A DNA stretch of 56,292 nucleotides from IMG/VR virus record IMGVR_UViG_3300037847_000441, positions 1 through 56,292 of that record, one strand, 5' to 3'. Position numbers and translations under genes: made by a program. Position 1 is the first letter of the stretch, and every line of letters begins with the position of its first letter. The notes below the pieces were generated by a model. The model saw nothing but the letters and a program-made list of their open reading frames with translations, was not told the origin of the DNA and did not search any database. This stretch comes from a virus (taxonomy: Duplodnaviria; Caudoviricetes). Positions 42,060 to 52,068 of this stretch are shown here, piece by piece.

Positions 42060-45000
42060 TCTTCTCCAATCACTAAATCAGGTGGATCTAATCTTAAATC
42101 TCTACCACGATAGAATTTTTCTACATCTAATAAACTTCTTCTTAAAGTATTTATTTCTCCAGAAAAATTTCTATTAGTTTTATTTCTAAGATTATTTAAT
42201 AAATCTCTAAAATATTTTGAATCTTGACTTATTTGCCTTATAGCATATCTACCATTAAATATTGAAGCTAATTCTTTTTGAGAGGGTATTGCTCTACCTA
42301 AATCAATATTATTCTTAAATAATCTTAAAGCTTTATTTTTAGGTAAAAAATATCTAAGATCACCGTATAGTTTAGAAAGACCTTGTTGAAAAGCATACTG
42401 ATCTTTTTGAGCTTCATCATAGTCTTTTAAGATAGGAGCTAAATCATAAACTGCGGTTGGATCATTTAATTTATTTTTTAAACCCTTGTTAAAATCAGAC
42501 CAATTACTATTAGCATTATTACTTAATTGTCTTAATGCAAAACCAGTAGCTTTAGTTAAATCTATTTTCTCTTCTTTAAGTCCAGGTAATGCAATACCAT
42601 TCATATCTAAAAGATCAGCAATACCTTCTGCTCTTTGAGGAGTTTCTCCATAGTATCGAGGATTTAAAAACTTATCTATATCATAAAGAGAACTATCTTT
42701 ATTATCTAATGCACCAGAATCTATAACCATATCTCTTGCAAGTTTTATAAATCCGGGTTCAATAGCTTTTACAACACCACGTAAAACATCTATATCACCA
42801 GTTTTTACATAGCTTAATAAACCTTGTGCTCCATCTAGTGCAAGTGACTGACTAACAAAAGGTTCAAGAAGTTTTACTCCAGAAGTAAGTATTTGTTTAT
42901 CTAAATCTTTAGATACATCTTCTCCTCTAGATGCTTTTAATATAAAAGGAACTACTAGACTAGCTATATGAGAATCTGCATTAAGATAACTTAAATCTCT
43001 TATATAAGGATTACCATCTTTGTCTACTCTAGTTACAACAATAGCATTATCTCTTTGATACTCTGGTAGTATGTATTGTCTTAAATTTTCTAATATTTCA
43101 GATGTTCCTAACGCTTCATTTGTAAGTAAGGCGGCACTATATACTGCTCCTTGGGCTGCATTAAATTGTAATAATCTTGCTGCCGCAGATTTTTGTAACT
43201 CTTTATTATTTGTTTCAAATCCTAAGTTTAAATCATCAGCAGCAGTTTTAAATAACTGATAAGTATTTCTTAAACGCTCTGCTGGATACGCAGTAAACGT
43301 ACCAATAATAGGCACTGCTCTTAGTTTTTCTAATATTAGAGGAATACGATCATATATAGGAGTTAAGTTTGCTGTTCTTATTGCTGCTCTTTCTTTAATA
43401 TAATCTTCTTTTGTTACTGGTCCATCTATATTATATTCACGTTTAAAGTTTGTTAGTAACTCATTTTGTTTTTCAGGTGTAAATGCATCAAATATTTTAC
43501 CTTCTTTTATTTTTTCATTTTTATAGACTCCAAACTTAAATATATCATCGTTAGCTTGATAAATTTCTCTTGCTTTTTTTCCGGGTTTACCTAAGAACAA
43601 TAATTTAGAAGCTATACTTCTATCACCTGTAGTATCTGCAATATCTTGTATTCTGTTTACTGCTTGATTTAAATCAATATTAGAACCTTGTAAACCTTGT
43701 TGTTGAAACTCAGTCCACTCTTTTACAAATTTTTCTGATTTTTCTTTATTAGTTAAATTAGTATAAGATTTAATACCACCAGCTTTAATACCATCATATA
43801 TGCCTTTAATATTACCACTAGAGGCAGCATATCCCATTGCTCCAAGAAAGTTTCTTGCTTGAGCTAAAGGACTATAAACAGTTTTACCTGCTTTAGCAAA
43901 AGTTTGTGTTCCTATAAAAGTTCTATATGCAGCCCCAACAGCATCATCTCTATTTAAAATATCTCTAGCAAATATATTATCATCAAATAATTCTTTTAAT
44001 TTACTAGCATGATTTTTTTCTATATAAATATCTTTTAAATCTTTTTCAATAAAACCTCTAGGTAATTGAAAAACAGATGTTGCTTTTTCACCGGGTTTAG
44101 AACTATCTATAAGACGTACAACTTCTTTACCATCAAATTTTTGAGAAGCTTCTCCTGCACTTTTAGCACGTATGCCTAAATTTTTATTAAGTGCATCAGC
44201 ACCTATATCTGAAGCTAGGTTTGTTCGAGAGGCTGCTTCTGTTATACCATTTATACTATCTAATATACGAAAAGCTGGAGTATTATTATAACCAATTATT
44301 GTCTTTACCGAATCAGGTATATCACCCTCTGGTGCTTTTTTTTCAAATGGACCTTTTAATGTTCTTTTTGCTCTAGAAGGTGTATATAATTCTTTTATTT
44401 TATCTAGTAATACTTTATTAGTTGCCTCTTCAGACATAGCTATATTACCATCTTTATCTAATATTTTATCAGCAATACTTTTGTATGTATCTTTATCCTT
44501 ATTTAAGATAACTGTTGCTTTATAATCTTCAATTATATTAGGATTCTTTTCTAAGAACTTTTTAAAAGGTTCTCTTGTTAGGGCAAAGTATGAATCAGCT
44601 ACGTTACGAGCATAGTTAGAATTATCTCCAAATATTTTTTCTTTAACTTTATTTGGTAATTTAGATTCAGAGGCATACTTAGTTGTCTCATCTATAAGAC
44701 TTCTAAAGTTTGTAACCTGTTGATAAGTCTCAGGCGCATTTGTTCTTAATATATCTAATGCTTCAGCATCATTTTCTAAAGCTCTATTTTGAATATCAAC
44801 ATCAACATTTTCTTTTTCAGATGCTTTAGCAAATTGTTCTTGTATTTCAGAGGCTCTATCTGAGAATGGTTTAATCTCACCAGTTCTTCTTTCAGCTAAA
44901 CGTCTAGTTGAGTCTTTAAGATTGGCAGTAGGTAAAAAGTTTTTAGCTAAAAAATTTGATGCAGTCTTAGCAGCTTCACTATTATCAATAAGTTTACCAA

Positions 45001-45700
45001 CTGAATCTTTAGCACCACCTATTGCTAAACTCCCTGTCACACCAACAGCAGGAGATATAAGTCCTTCTGCTAAACCTTGTAATGCAGCACGACCAAAATC
45101 TATACCACCTATATCTAAAATAGAATCTCTTTCTAAGCCTATATCTTTTTCAACATCTTGAGCAATAATACTTTGAGCCGCACCACCTGCTCCTGCAATA
45201 CCTCCTTCAACAGCTAAACTGTATTGAACAGGTTTAGTTGTAAGAGCTTTTACTCTAGATTTAAGTGCTGACCTAACTCCTTGTTTTGCTAACTCTTTTG
45301 CTCCCATAACAGCAGCACCTCCAGAACCTAATGTAAAGGCTGAAGCAATGGCTGCTACAAAGTTAGTGGGGTCAGTTGCACCAGCTAATAGATAATCTGT
45401 TAAAGCAGCACCCATTGGTGCTCCACCTTCCTGAAAGAAGGTTGGCATTTGTTCTACTTGTTCTAGAGAATATCTTAATAATTGTTTACGATCTTCATCT
45501 AGATCTTTCATATCTTGACCAGTATTATACGTAGAAAGTATATTAGTATCAAAATATCTTTTCTTAGTTAAGAAAGTATCTAGAATATCTTTAGGATCAT
45601 AAGCAACATTTTCTCCTAATCCTTGTAAGACATGATATGTAGAATCAATAAAATCTTTATTTTCTAATAACCCATCATAAGTTATTTTAGGTTCAGACAT
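42056..45700 (-). CDS. Large internal virion (ejection) protein
   Basis: 1214 aa, helical, Gly/Ala-rich hydrophobic N-terminal stretch; last of the virion genes. Confidence 0.65.
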   Translation of the reverse strand: MSEPKITYDGLLENKDFIDSTYHVLQGLGENVAYDPKDILDTFLTKKRYFDTNILSTYNTGQDMKDLDEDRKQLLRYSLEQVEQMPTFFQEGGAPMGAALTDYLLAGATDPTNFVAAIASAFTLGSGGAAVMGAKELAKQGVRSALKSRVKALTTKPVQYSLAVEGGIAGAGGAAQSIIAQDVEKDIGLERDSILDIGGIDFGRAALQGLAEGLISPAVGVTGSLAIGGAKDSVGKLIDNSEAAKTASNFLAKNFLPTANLKDSTRRLAERRTGEIKPFSDRASEIQEQFAKASEKENVDVDIQNRALENDAEALDILRTNAPETYQQVTNFRSLIDETTKYASESKLPNKVKEKIFGDNSNYARNVADSYFALTREPFKKFLEKNPNIIEDYKATVILNKDKDTYKSIADKILDKDGNIAMSEEATNKVLLDKIKELYTPSRAKRTLKGPFEKKAPEGDIPDSVKTIIGYNNTPAFRILDSINGITEAASRTNLASDIGADALNKNLGIRAKSAGEASQKFDGKEVVRLIDSSKPGEKATSVFQLPRGFIEKDLKDIYIEKNHASKLKELFDDNIFARDILNRDDAVGAAYRTFIGTQTFAKAGKTVYSPLAQARNFLGAMGYAASSGNIKGIYDGIKAGGIKSYTNLTNKEKSEKFVKEWTEFQQQGLQGSNIDLNQAVNRIQDIADTTGDRSIASKLLFLGKPGKKAREIYQANDDIFKFGVYKNEKIKEGKIFDAFTPEKQNELLTNFKREYNIDGPVTKEDYIKERAAIRTANLTPIYDRIPLILEKLRAVPIIGTFTAYPAERLRNTYQLFKTAADDLNLGFETNNKELQKSAAARLLQFNAAQGAVYSAALLTNEALGTSEILENLRQYILPEYQRDNAIVVTRVDKDGNPYIRDLSYLNADSHIASLVVPFILKASRGEDVSKDLDKQILTSGVKLLEPFVSQSLALDGAQGLLSYVKTGDIDVLRGVVKAIEPGFIKLARDMVIDSGALDNKDSSLYDIDKFLNPRYYGETPQRAEGIADLLDMNGIALPGLKEEKIDLTKATGFALRQLSNNANSNWSDFNKGLKNKLNDPTAVYDLAPILKDYDEAQKDQYAFQQGLSKLYGDLRYFLPKNKALRLFKNNIDLGRAIPSQKELASIFNGRYAIRQISQDSKYFRDLLNNLRNKTNRNFSGEINTLRRSLLDVEKFYRGRDLRLDPPDLVIGEE

Positions 45701-45711
45701 TATAATGTACC

Positions 45712-47466
45712 TTATGGTTTAGCTTTAGGTGATGCTTGTTTGACTGTTACTTTAGGCAATAAATTTTTTACTGATTGTGGACCACCACCAATTCTACTCA
45801 TTCCAGAGAGAGCTAATCTATCTTCAAGAAGAGGTTGTAATATTGAGCGCATTTGAGGATATTTGTCATAAAATGCTTTTACTGCCCCTTCACCACCCTG
45901 ACTTAAAATTGGTTCTAAATCTTTTATTATTTTTGCTGCATCTTTAGCATCTAGTAATCCTTTTCTACGAGCTTTAGCTACCTCTGCTCTAGCTTTTAAT
46001 AAAGCTGATTGACTTGCTATGCTTGTAGTCATATCAGCAATATCTTGTTTAGCTGCTGCTTCTTCTTTCTCAGAAATAGCAACATCGGCTGCTGATTTTC
46101 CTTTTATTGATTTACCTAAAAATGCATCAAGAGTTGGTAGGATTCCTCCTGTCTCTAAAGCTGCTTTTCTTGCAGCATCAAATGCTTCTATTCTAGTAGC
46201 TCTTGCAAGTGCTTCTTTTTGTTTTTTAATAGCTGCTTTTCTAGCCTCTTTTCCTCTAGCTATAGCTTCTCTTTGTGCTTTTGCAGTTTCAACTAGAGAT
46301 CCTAAACCAAGATCAAAAGTGCTTTTTTGTTTTTGATTAAACAATACATTTTGTATTGGTGCAGAACCTCCTCCTGCCATCTCATCTTCTAATCCTTGTT
46401 CATCTATAAGTTGTTGTTGTCTACTTATAAGTTGAGCTAAATTACCACCACCTAGAGATTTTCTAACTACAGGTAATCCACCTAAACCACGCACATTACC
46501 ACCTGTTGCACCAAAGAATGGTTTAGAAATATTTTTAGCTAAATTGGGAAGACTAAATCCACCTTTAGTTCCACCACCACCCAATCCATATAGTTGTAGT
46601 CCGGTAAGACCAGCACTAAGTAACTGACCAGTTCTAGATCCTGCTGGACCCATCGTAGTTTTTGTTGTATCAGGCGTTCGTAAAAATGGATTACCATAAA
46701 CAAAACTAGAGTATTGAGCAAGAGCTTGTTTAGGAAATTCTTTTTCTTCTAAATAATCAGAAAATTCTTTGTCTAATAATCTTTGACTTTCTGCTCTTTC
46801 AGCTTGTCCTAAGTCTTGTAATAATCCAGCTTCAGCAAGACCAACATTAAATTCATCTAAACCAAACTTTTGTATATCAGCGGCCCTTTGTCTACCAAGT
46901 TGATCGGCTATAGTAAACTGTCTAAATGCATCTTCATAAGCTTTTTGTGATCCGGCAGCTTGTATATCTGCTAATGTTTGTGCTTGTCCTGTACCAAGAA
47001 GGGCAGCTTGAACACCAGCACGACTACCAAGACCAGATAATCCTCCAGCAGCTATAGCTTGTTTTTCAAACTCTGGCATAATTCTTTGTTCAAAATCTTC
47101 TTGAGCTTTTCTTTTTTGTACATCAACAACTGCTTGTTGATAAGGACTCATAAATTTTTCAGCAATATCTGACGTAAATTCAGTAGGCAGTCCTCTTATT
47201 AATTCTTCAGCTTCTTCTCTTCTAGAATCTTGTATGCCAACTAAGCCTTTTAATTTTTCAATAGCATCAAGTTCTAATTGATCACGAGGAGCAATAGTCT
47301 CTCCTTCATATGGCAGATATGGTTCTTCCTTATCTAAAGCATATTGTTCTTGAGCTTCTTTTAAAACCTCTTTAACATAAGGTGCAAGCTCTTCAGGTAA
47401 CTTTGAGACTGTTTTTACAGTTGACGTGGGGCTTGTTTTAGTTCTACCAAATATAAAATCTAACAT
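45712..47466 (-). CDS. Putative DNA transfer / internal virion protein
   Basis: PYEGETIA, FMSPYQQAVVD, AGGLSGLGSR; Ala/Gln-rich helices. Confidence 0.65.
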   Translation of the reverse strand: MLDFIFGRTKTSPTSTVKTVSKLPEELAPYVKEVLKEAQEQYALDKEEPYLPYEGETIAPRDQLELDAIEKLKGLVGIQDSRREEAEELIRGLPTEFTSDIAEKFMSPYQQAVVDVQKRKAQEDFEQRIMPEFEKQAIAAGGLSGLGSRAGVQAALLGTGQAQTLADIQAAGSQKAYEDAFRQFTIADQLGRQRAADIQKFGLDEFNVGLAEAGLLQDLGQAERAESQRLLDKEFSDYLEEKEFPKQALAQYSSFVYGNPFLRTPDTTKTTMGPAGSRTGQLLSAGLTGLQLYGLGGGGTKGGFSLPNLAKNISKPFFGATGGNVRGLGGLPVVRKSLGGGNLAQLISRQQQLIDEQGLEDEMAGGGSAPIQNVLFNQKQKSTFDLGLGSLVETAKAQREAIARGKEARKAAIKKQKEALARATRIEAFDAARKAALETGGILPTLDAFLGKSIKGKSAADVAISEKEEAAAKQDIADMTTSIASQSALLKARAEVAKARRKGLLDAKDAAKIIKDLEPILSQGGEGAVKAFYDKYPQMRSILQPLLEDRLALSGMSRIGGGPQSVKNLLPKVTVKQASPKAKP

Positions 47467-47470
47467 GTTA

Positions 47471-48100
47471 CTATCCTATTGCTGATCTCAATGAAGCTAA
47501 TCCATTTATTTGTTTTGGCTGTTTAGTTGTACCAAAAGCTTTCTGTCGTATTTCTTTTACTACTTTATCCATCACGTCTGCACCTGCATCTGCACTACCA
47601 TTGCCAAGAGCAGACATTGTATGTGCATCTACAATATATTCATCTGGACTTACAGCAAGTCTTGCTACCTGTTTACCTTTTTCTATTATAGGCATTTGTA
47701 TATTATCTTGCATACCATGTCCCTCGCCGGGAACAGGACCACTACCAAAACTAACAACCATCCCCTCTGTACCAGCTTTTGCTTGCATAGTGGGTTGCTG
47801 TTGCATACGCATCATAGCAAGTGTATCCAAAGAAGATCCAGAATCTAAAGCTCTTTTGACATTTTCTACGCCAGCAACTCTTGTAGGATCAGAGGGCATA
47901 ACATTCATTGATCTTTGACTTGGATCTTGTTGTAGCATTGGCATAGCTTGTTCCATGCCTTGAATAACATCTTCTTGTGTTATAGGTTTAATAGCTTGTG
48001 ATGTTTTTTCAAATTCTTCTGTTGTAACTCCTGCTCTTTTTAACAGGTTGTCCATTGCAACAACACCAGCAGTATTTAAAATATCTTTAGGTATTGCCAT
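47471..48100 (-). CDS. Conserved virion-associated protein with a GxGxxDxI...SxxE[YF]IV domain
   Basis: GEGHGMQDNI...VSPDEYIVDA..MSALGNGSADAGA. Confidence 0.65.
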   Translation of the reverse strand: MAIPKDILNTAGVVAMDNLLKRAGVTTEEFEKTSQAIKPITQEDVIQGMEQAMPMLQQDPSQRSMNVMPSDPTRVAGVENVKRALDSGSSLDTLAMMRMQQQPTMQAKAGTEGMVVSFGSGPVPGEGHGMQDNIQMPIIEKGKQVARLAVSPDEYIVDAHTMSALGNGSADAGADVMDKVVKEIRQKAFGTTKQPKQINGLASLRSAIG

Positions 48101-48278
48101 CTAACCCACCTTTAAAATTATTGTCCATCATACTATTATAACTTAATTTTTTCATTTTCACAAATTCTTGTTTTTGATCAAGCCTATATCTATTAGGATC
48201 AATAGCTTGTCCAGTATTTAAATTACCTAATAGAGTACTATTATTAATGAGGTTTATATGATCTATTAATTTAGACAT
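48087..48278 (-). CDS. Hypothetical protein
   Basis: TAATG coupling suggests the start at 48278. Confidence 0.6.
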   Translation of the reverse strand: MSKLIDHINLINNSTLLGNLNTGQAIDPNRYRLDQKQEFVKMKKLSYNSMMDNNFKGGLDGNT

Positions 48279-48553
48279 TAGTTTAAATCTTGCCATGAAG
48301 TTTCTGCACCAAGACTAACATATCCTTTAAACTTACCTGAACTTACTGAATATGCTATGTCACCTTTTTGTGGGCGACCTATCTGAGTTACTGTTGTTAC
48401 AGTAAAAACAGTTGATGCCGCCGCATTATCTATATCTAAATCTCTTGCATCTAACTCTTGAATTAAAACATCTCCCCATGTTCTTACTTGATTATACATA
48501 TCTACCAAGTCTTCATTTGTTAGTGCAAAAGGTAAAATAGGATATGTTGCCAT
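48278..48553 (-). CDS. Small tail-associated protein
   Basis: GDIAYSVSSGKFKGY...WQDL; follows the tail hub gene. Confidence 0.6.
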   Translation of the reverse strand: MATYPILPFALTNEDLVDMYNQVRTWGDVLIQELDARDLDIDNAAASTVFTVTTVTQIGRPQKGDIAYSVSSGKFKGYVSLGAETSWQDLN

Positions 48554-50721
48554 TATCTCTCACCATCACCTTGTAATGCTAGACGAACTGATCCCCATCT
48601 CCAACTAGCATTATTTGATGCACAAGATACCCTAATTTTAGCTTGCCTTCCTCTAGCTCTTATATCAATTTTTTCTGTATTACTAAATATATCAAACTCT
48701 TTTGTAGTCTGTTCTGTGCTTTCAGGATATTTCTTTGTTATTATTTTAAATTTAATTTGTCCCCCTGATAGATCATAGTCAGGAATAATCTTATTCATAA
48801 ACATAACCTGATTACCATCATTAATATCAAAGTCACCAGACTCTACAAAAGATGTTAATGTTTCTTCACTACCTGTAAATATACCCGGTGGTTCATTATT
48901 ATAAATATTATTTCCAGCTACAGTTACGCCAGTTGTTATAGTATTTCCAAATACACTACGATCAGTAAATGTAGTAAATATCATTTCACCGTATACCCAA
49001 TATCTTTCTTCTGGATTATAAATAACGTACTTATTACATTCTGTATTACCATTAGAAACATAGAGCCATATTATTTCTCTAAACTCAGAATTAATACCAC
49101 AGTAAACTTTATCATAATAAGATGTATTAAGATCATCAAATATAAATCTACGAACCGTACAATCTAAAACTTGCACCGCACCAGAATAAACATAAAAATT
49201 ATCATAACCCATCCAATATGTAGTGCCGTTATAATCTATAGCTGCATGTTGCCCTATAAGTCCACAGTTAGTTCCTACTTGTTGAAACTTAAATACAAAA
49301 GCACCACCAACAAATTGCATAAGCCAAAGAGCATTATCTGTCCAAATATTAATAGCATTTCTTGCACGAACAGCACCAACTATTCTAGTTCCATCTGTTA
49401 ATACAACCTCACCAGAATCTGTTGCAGCAGTTGGATTCCATTCATTTCTATCATCTTGGTCAGACCAACGAACAAGCATAGGATCAAATGTACCACTAAC
49501 TGTAGCAGTAGCTTCAAATCTATTTGTACCAAGACAAATAAGATGCCTATCATTAGGAGACACAATAATAGAGTTTGTGCTTACAGGTGATGTTGTAACA
49601 GAAGTAGCTCTTGTTGGTTCTGTACTTGCATCAGAATCATAGTAAAATAATCCACCACCTTTTCTATTAGCTACAACATCATTACCCCAGTTATCAAAAC
49701 TCCACTGTGATATATCTAAAACTATCTCAGTAGCACTAGCTGATGCAGGTTGATTCCATCCTCTTGTTTTAGCTGCTGCTCCACCACCTGTTTGTGGATA
49801 TACAAGAGCAGTCATGTTTATATTAGATGTAGTGTCTCCTGATGCAGATGCTGCTGTATTTACACTAACAATTATCTGTGTTCCATTAACAGATACAATA
49901 GTAAATTGAGGACCACCAATATCTACACTATTATCTGTTGGCTTTGTTAAAACTAAATTACCACCTACAGTAACAGGAGTTACATTAGTGGTAGTTGGTA
50001 CGAAATATACAAAATCATTTGCCACACCTCCATGTGCAGCCGCACAAGATATTGTAACTAATGTATTACCACCAGTTGTAGTTATTTTACTAATACCCAC
50101 AGATGTAGGCTCTGCTGCATTATAAGATCCAGCCGCCCAACCTAAACCTGCCGCCGCTATAGAATTACCTGTTGGTATATAATAATTAAATGTCGCACTT
50201 CCCACATCACTACCAGTTGCATTAGCAGCGGTTGTTACATTAATTGTAAAAGCATTTGCACTTTCAACAGATACAACTTGATATATATTACCTTGTAAAC
50301 TTACAGCATTAAATGCTGCTGAAGATGTAAATAAAACATAGTCTCCTACTACTCTACCATGTGCATTGTCAGAACAACAAACTCTAACTTCACCAGAACT
50401 TGTACCAAAACAATTTGTTAAAGTAGTTTTTTCTGTTATAGGTGTTATATCATATAACTCATCTGATTCATGAATATAAACTTTTTCAGGTGTGCCAAAT
50501 ATTGCAGTAGGAATATTACTAGCAGGTTTCCATGCTAATAGTGCTCTAGCTGATCCATCAAATTTATCTCCCCCTGCTCTTGTTTCATAGCCTCGCATGT
50601 TTTCAGGCTTGCCTTCACGAAACCTAACACGGTTTCCATCAAACCACTTACCCTCTTCTGCATATTGGGTAGATTCTCTATGAAAACCCGGAGCTAGTTT
50701 AAATGTTTGTAATTGTGCCAT
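48553..50721 (-). CDS. Tail hub / tail tubular (DNA stabilization) protein
   Basis: VRWSDQ, IWTD, FYVYSG, IIWLY beta-propeller-like pattern; RARGRQ C-terminus. Confidence 0.7.
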   Translation of the reverse strand: MAQLQTFKLAPGFHRESTQYAEEGKWFDGNRVRFREGKPENMRGYETRAGGDKFDGSARALLAWKPASNIPTAIFGTPEKVYIHESDELYDITPITEKTTLTNCFGTSSGEVRVCCSDNAHGRVVGDYVLFTSSAAFNAVSLQGNIYQVVSVESANAFTINVTTAANATGSDVGSATFNYYIPTGNSIAAAGLGWAAGSYNAAEPTSVGISKITTTGGNTLVTISCAAAHGGVANDFVYFVPTTTNVTPVTVGGNLVLTKPTDNSVDIGGPQFTIVSVNGTQIIVSVNTAASASGDTTSNINMTALVYPQTGGGAAAKTRGWNQPASASATEIVLDISQWSFDNWGNDVVANRKGGGLFYYDSDASTEPTRATSVTTSPVSTNSIIVSPNDRHLICLGTNRFEATATVSGTFDPMLVRWSDQDDRNEWNPTAATDSGEVVLTDGTRIVGAVRARNAINIWTDNALWLMQFVGGAFVFKFQQVGTNCGLIGQHAAIDYNGTTYWMGYDNFYVYSGAVQVLDCTVRRFIFDDLNTSYYDKVYCGINSEFREIIWLYVSNGNTECNKYVIYNPEERYWVYGEMIFTTFTDRSVFGNTITTGVTVAGNNIYNNEPPGIFTGSEETLTSFVESGDFDINDGNQVMFMNKIIPDYDLSGGQIKFKIITKKYPESTEQTTKEFDIFSNTEKIDIRARGRQAKIRVSCASNNASWRWGSVRLALQGDGER

Positions 50722-50722
50722 A

Positions 50723-51796
50723 TTATGTCTTAATAATATACGTTAGTACAAGAGTAGGTTGTACGTTGTTATGTGCTGAACCACTACCAGTAGATCCAGA
50801 GGAACCACTCACAGGTGTAGTTCGTGTAAGATCTTGTCTAAATACAGCACCACTAGAAGAATTTTGTGCCGCATCACCACCAGTATTAATTACATAAGAT
50901 CCTGCTCCATGAGTATGTGCAGCAAGTTGAGCTTCAGTTAGTGTGTGTGTTTCAAGACCACCACCAGCACCAAGAACAGTACCATGCACACCACCTGATT
51001 GATTTGTAAGTCTACCAGCTACTTGACCACCCATGCTATCTAGAGCAGCAATAACACGACCACGTAAGTCAGGTAAATTAAATGTGCTTGAACCGTCACC
51101 ATCACCATATATGCTTGTGATAACTCCAAATAAATCAGAATATGTAGAACGACTTACTGCTTGACCAAAACAAAATAAAAATCCAGAAGGAGCTACAGAA
51201 GCAGCGTAAGGTAAAACACACCCAGTTGGAACAGCAACAATACCTGTTAAGTTAGAACCATCACCATGAAATGCAGAGGCACATACTTTAGAACTTACAT
51301 GCATATTTCCTCCTACAGTTACATCAGATGAGAATGTAGCTGAACCAGTTACAGTTAAAGAACTAAACTCTGTTGGAGCAACATTAAAAACACTTGTCCC
51401 ATTAGTTATTACAAATTGATTTTCTGTTGGTCTTATTGTAACACCAGTTTGTCCAGCAACTTTTAATATAATGTCTGCACCAGCAGAAGCATAAGATACA
51501 GCATTACGTACTACGTAACTTTTAGAATTATTAGGTATAAGAACATTAATAGCACTATGAGTTCCACCTACAGATCCTGTAATTTCAAGAAAAGCAGAAC
51601 GAGCCTGATCTCCACTACCTTGATTTTGAGTTAGTGTAACATTAGCAGTGCTTCCTACTGTTACGACTGTATAACCAGCAACTGCATCATCAACAAGACT
51701 AATAACACCATCATTGAGAACTTGTCCCCAACTATTTGCATTATCTCCGTCACCTTGTTTATTAAGTCTCAGGTTAGTGGTAAAAGTACTAGCCAT
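50723..51796 (-). CDS. Tail fibre protein with tail-collar domain
   Basis: PTG..LPYA..APSGFL.C.GQAVSRSTYSDLF..GDGSSTFNLPDLRGR; HNNVQP. Confidence 0.85.
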   Translation of the reverse strand: MASTFTTNLRLNKQGDGDNANSWGQVLNDGVISLVDDAVAGYTVVTVGSTANVTLTQNQGSGDQARSAFLEITGSVGGTHSAINVLIPNNSKSYVVRNAVSYASAGADIILKVAGQTGVTIRPTENQFVITNGTSVFNVAPTEFSSLTVTGSATFSSDVTVGGNMHVSSKVCASAFHGDGSNLTGIVAVPTGCVLPYAASVAPSGFLFCFGQAVSRSTYSDLFGVITSIYGDGDGSSTFNLPDLRGRVIAALDSMGGQVAGRLTNQSGGVHGTVLGAGGGLETHTLTEAQLAAHTHGAGSYVINTGGDAAQNSSSGAVFRQDLTRTTPVSGSSGSTGSGSAHNNVQPTLVLTYIIKT

Positions 51797-51807
51797 TTTA
51801 TTTTTCC

Positions 51808-52056
51808 TTACTCTTCAAGTTTAGGTTGTGATGCTTTATAAGAAGCTATTACTTCATCAGTCCATACTGCATTAGCTATCGCACTAACTCTTGCAGTTTG
51901 TCCATCAAGATTATCACCGGGAACTAAAAAGTGCCTATGAAAGCTACGATTTATTTCTACATCATCTTTTTTAATAACTGTGGCAGTGCGAACTCTCACA
52001 ATACCATTCTCTACAACTTCAATTTTGTCTACAATTTGTTCTTCTGTAAGTGACAT
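51808..52056 (-). CDS. Tail-fibre-associated small protein (chaperone-like)
   Basis: DKIEV...VRTATVI...SFHRH...AVWT; follows the fibre gene. Confidence 0.65.
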   Translation of the reverse strand: MSLTEEQIVDKIEVVENGIVRVRTATVIKKDDVEINRSFHRHFLVPGDNLDGQTARVSAIANAVWTDEVIASYKASQPKLEE

Positions 52057-52068
52057 TTTTTATTCCTT

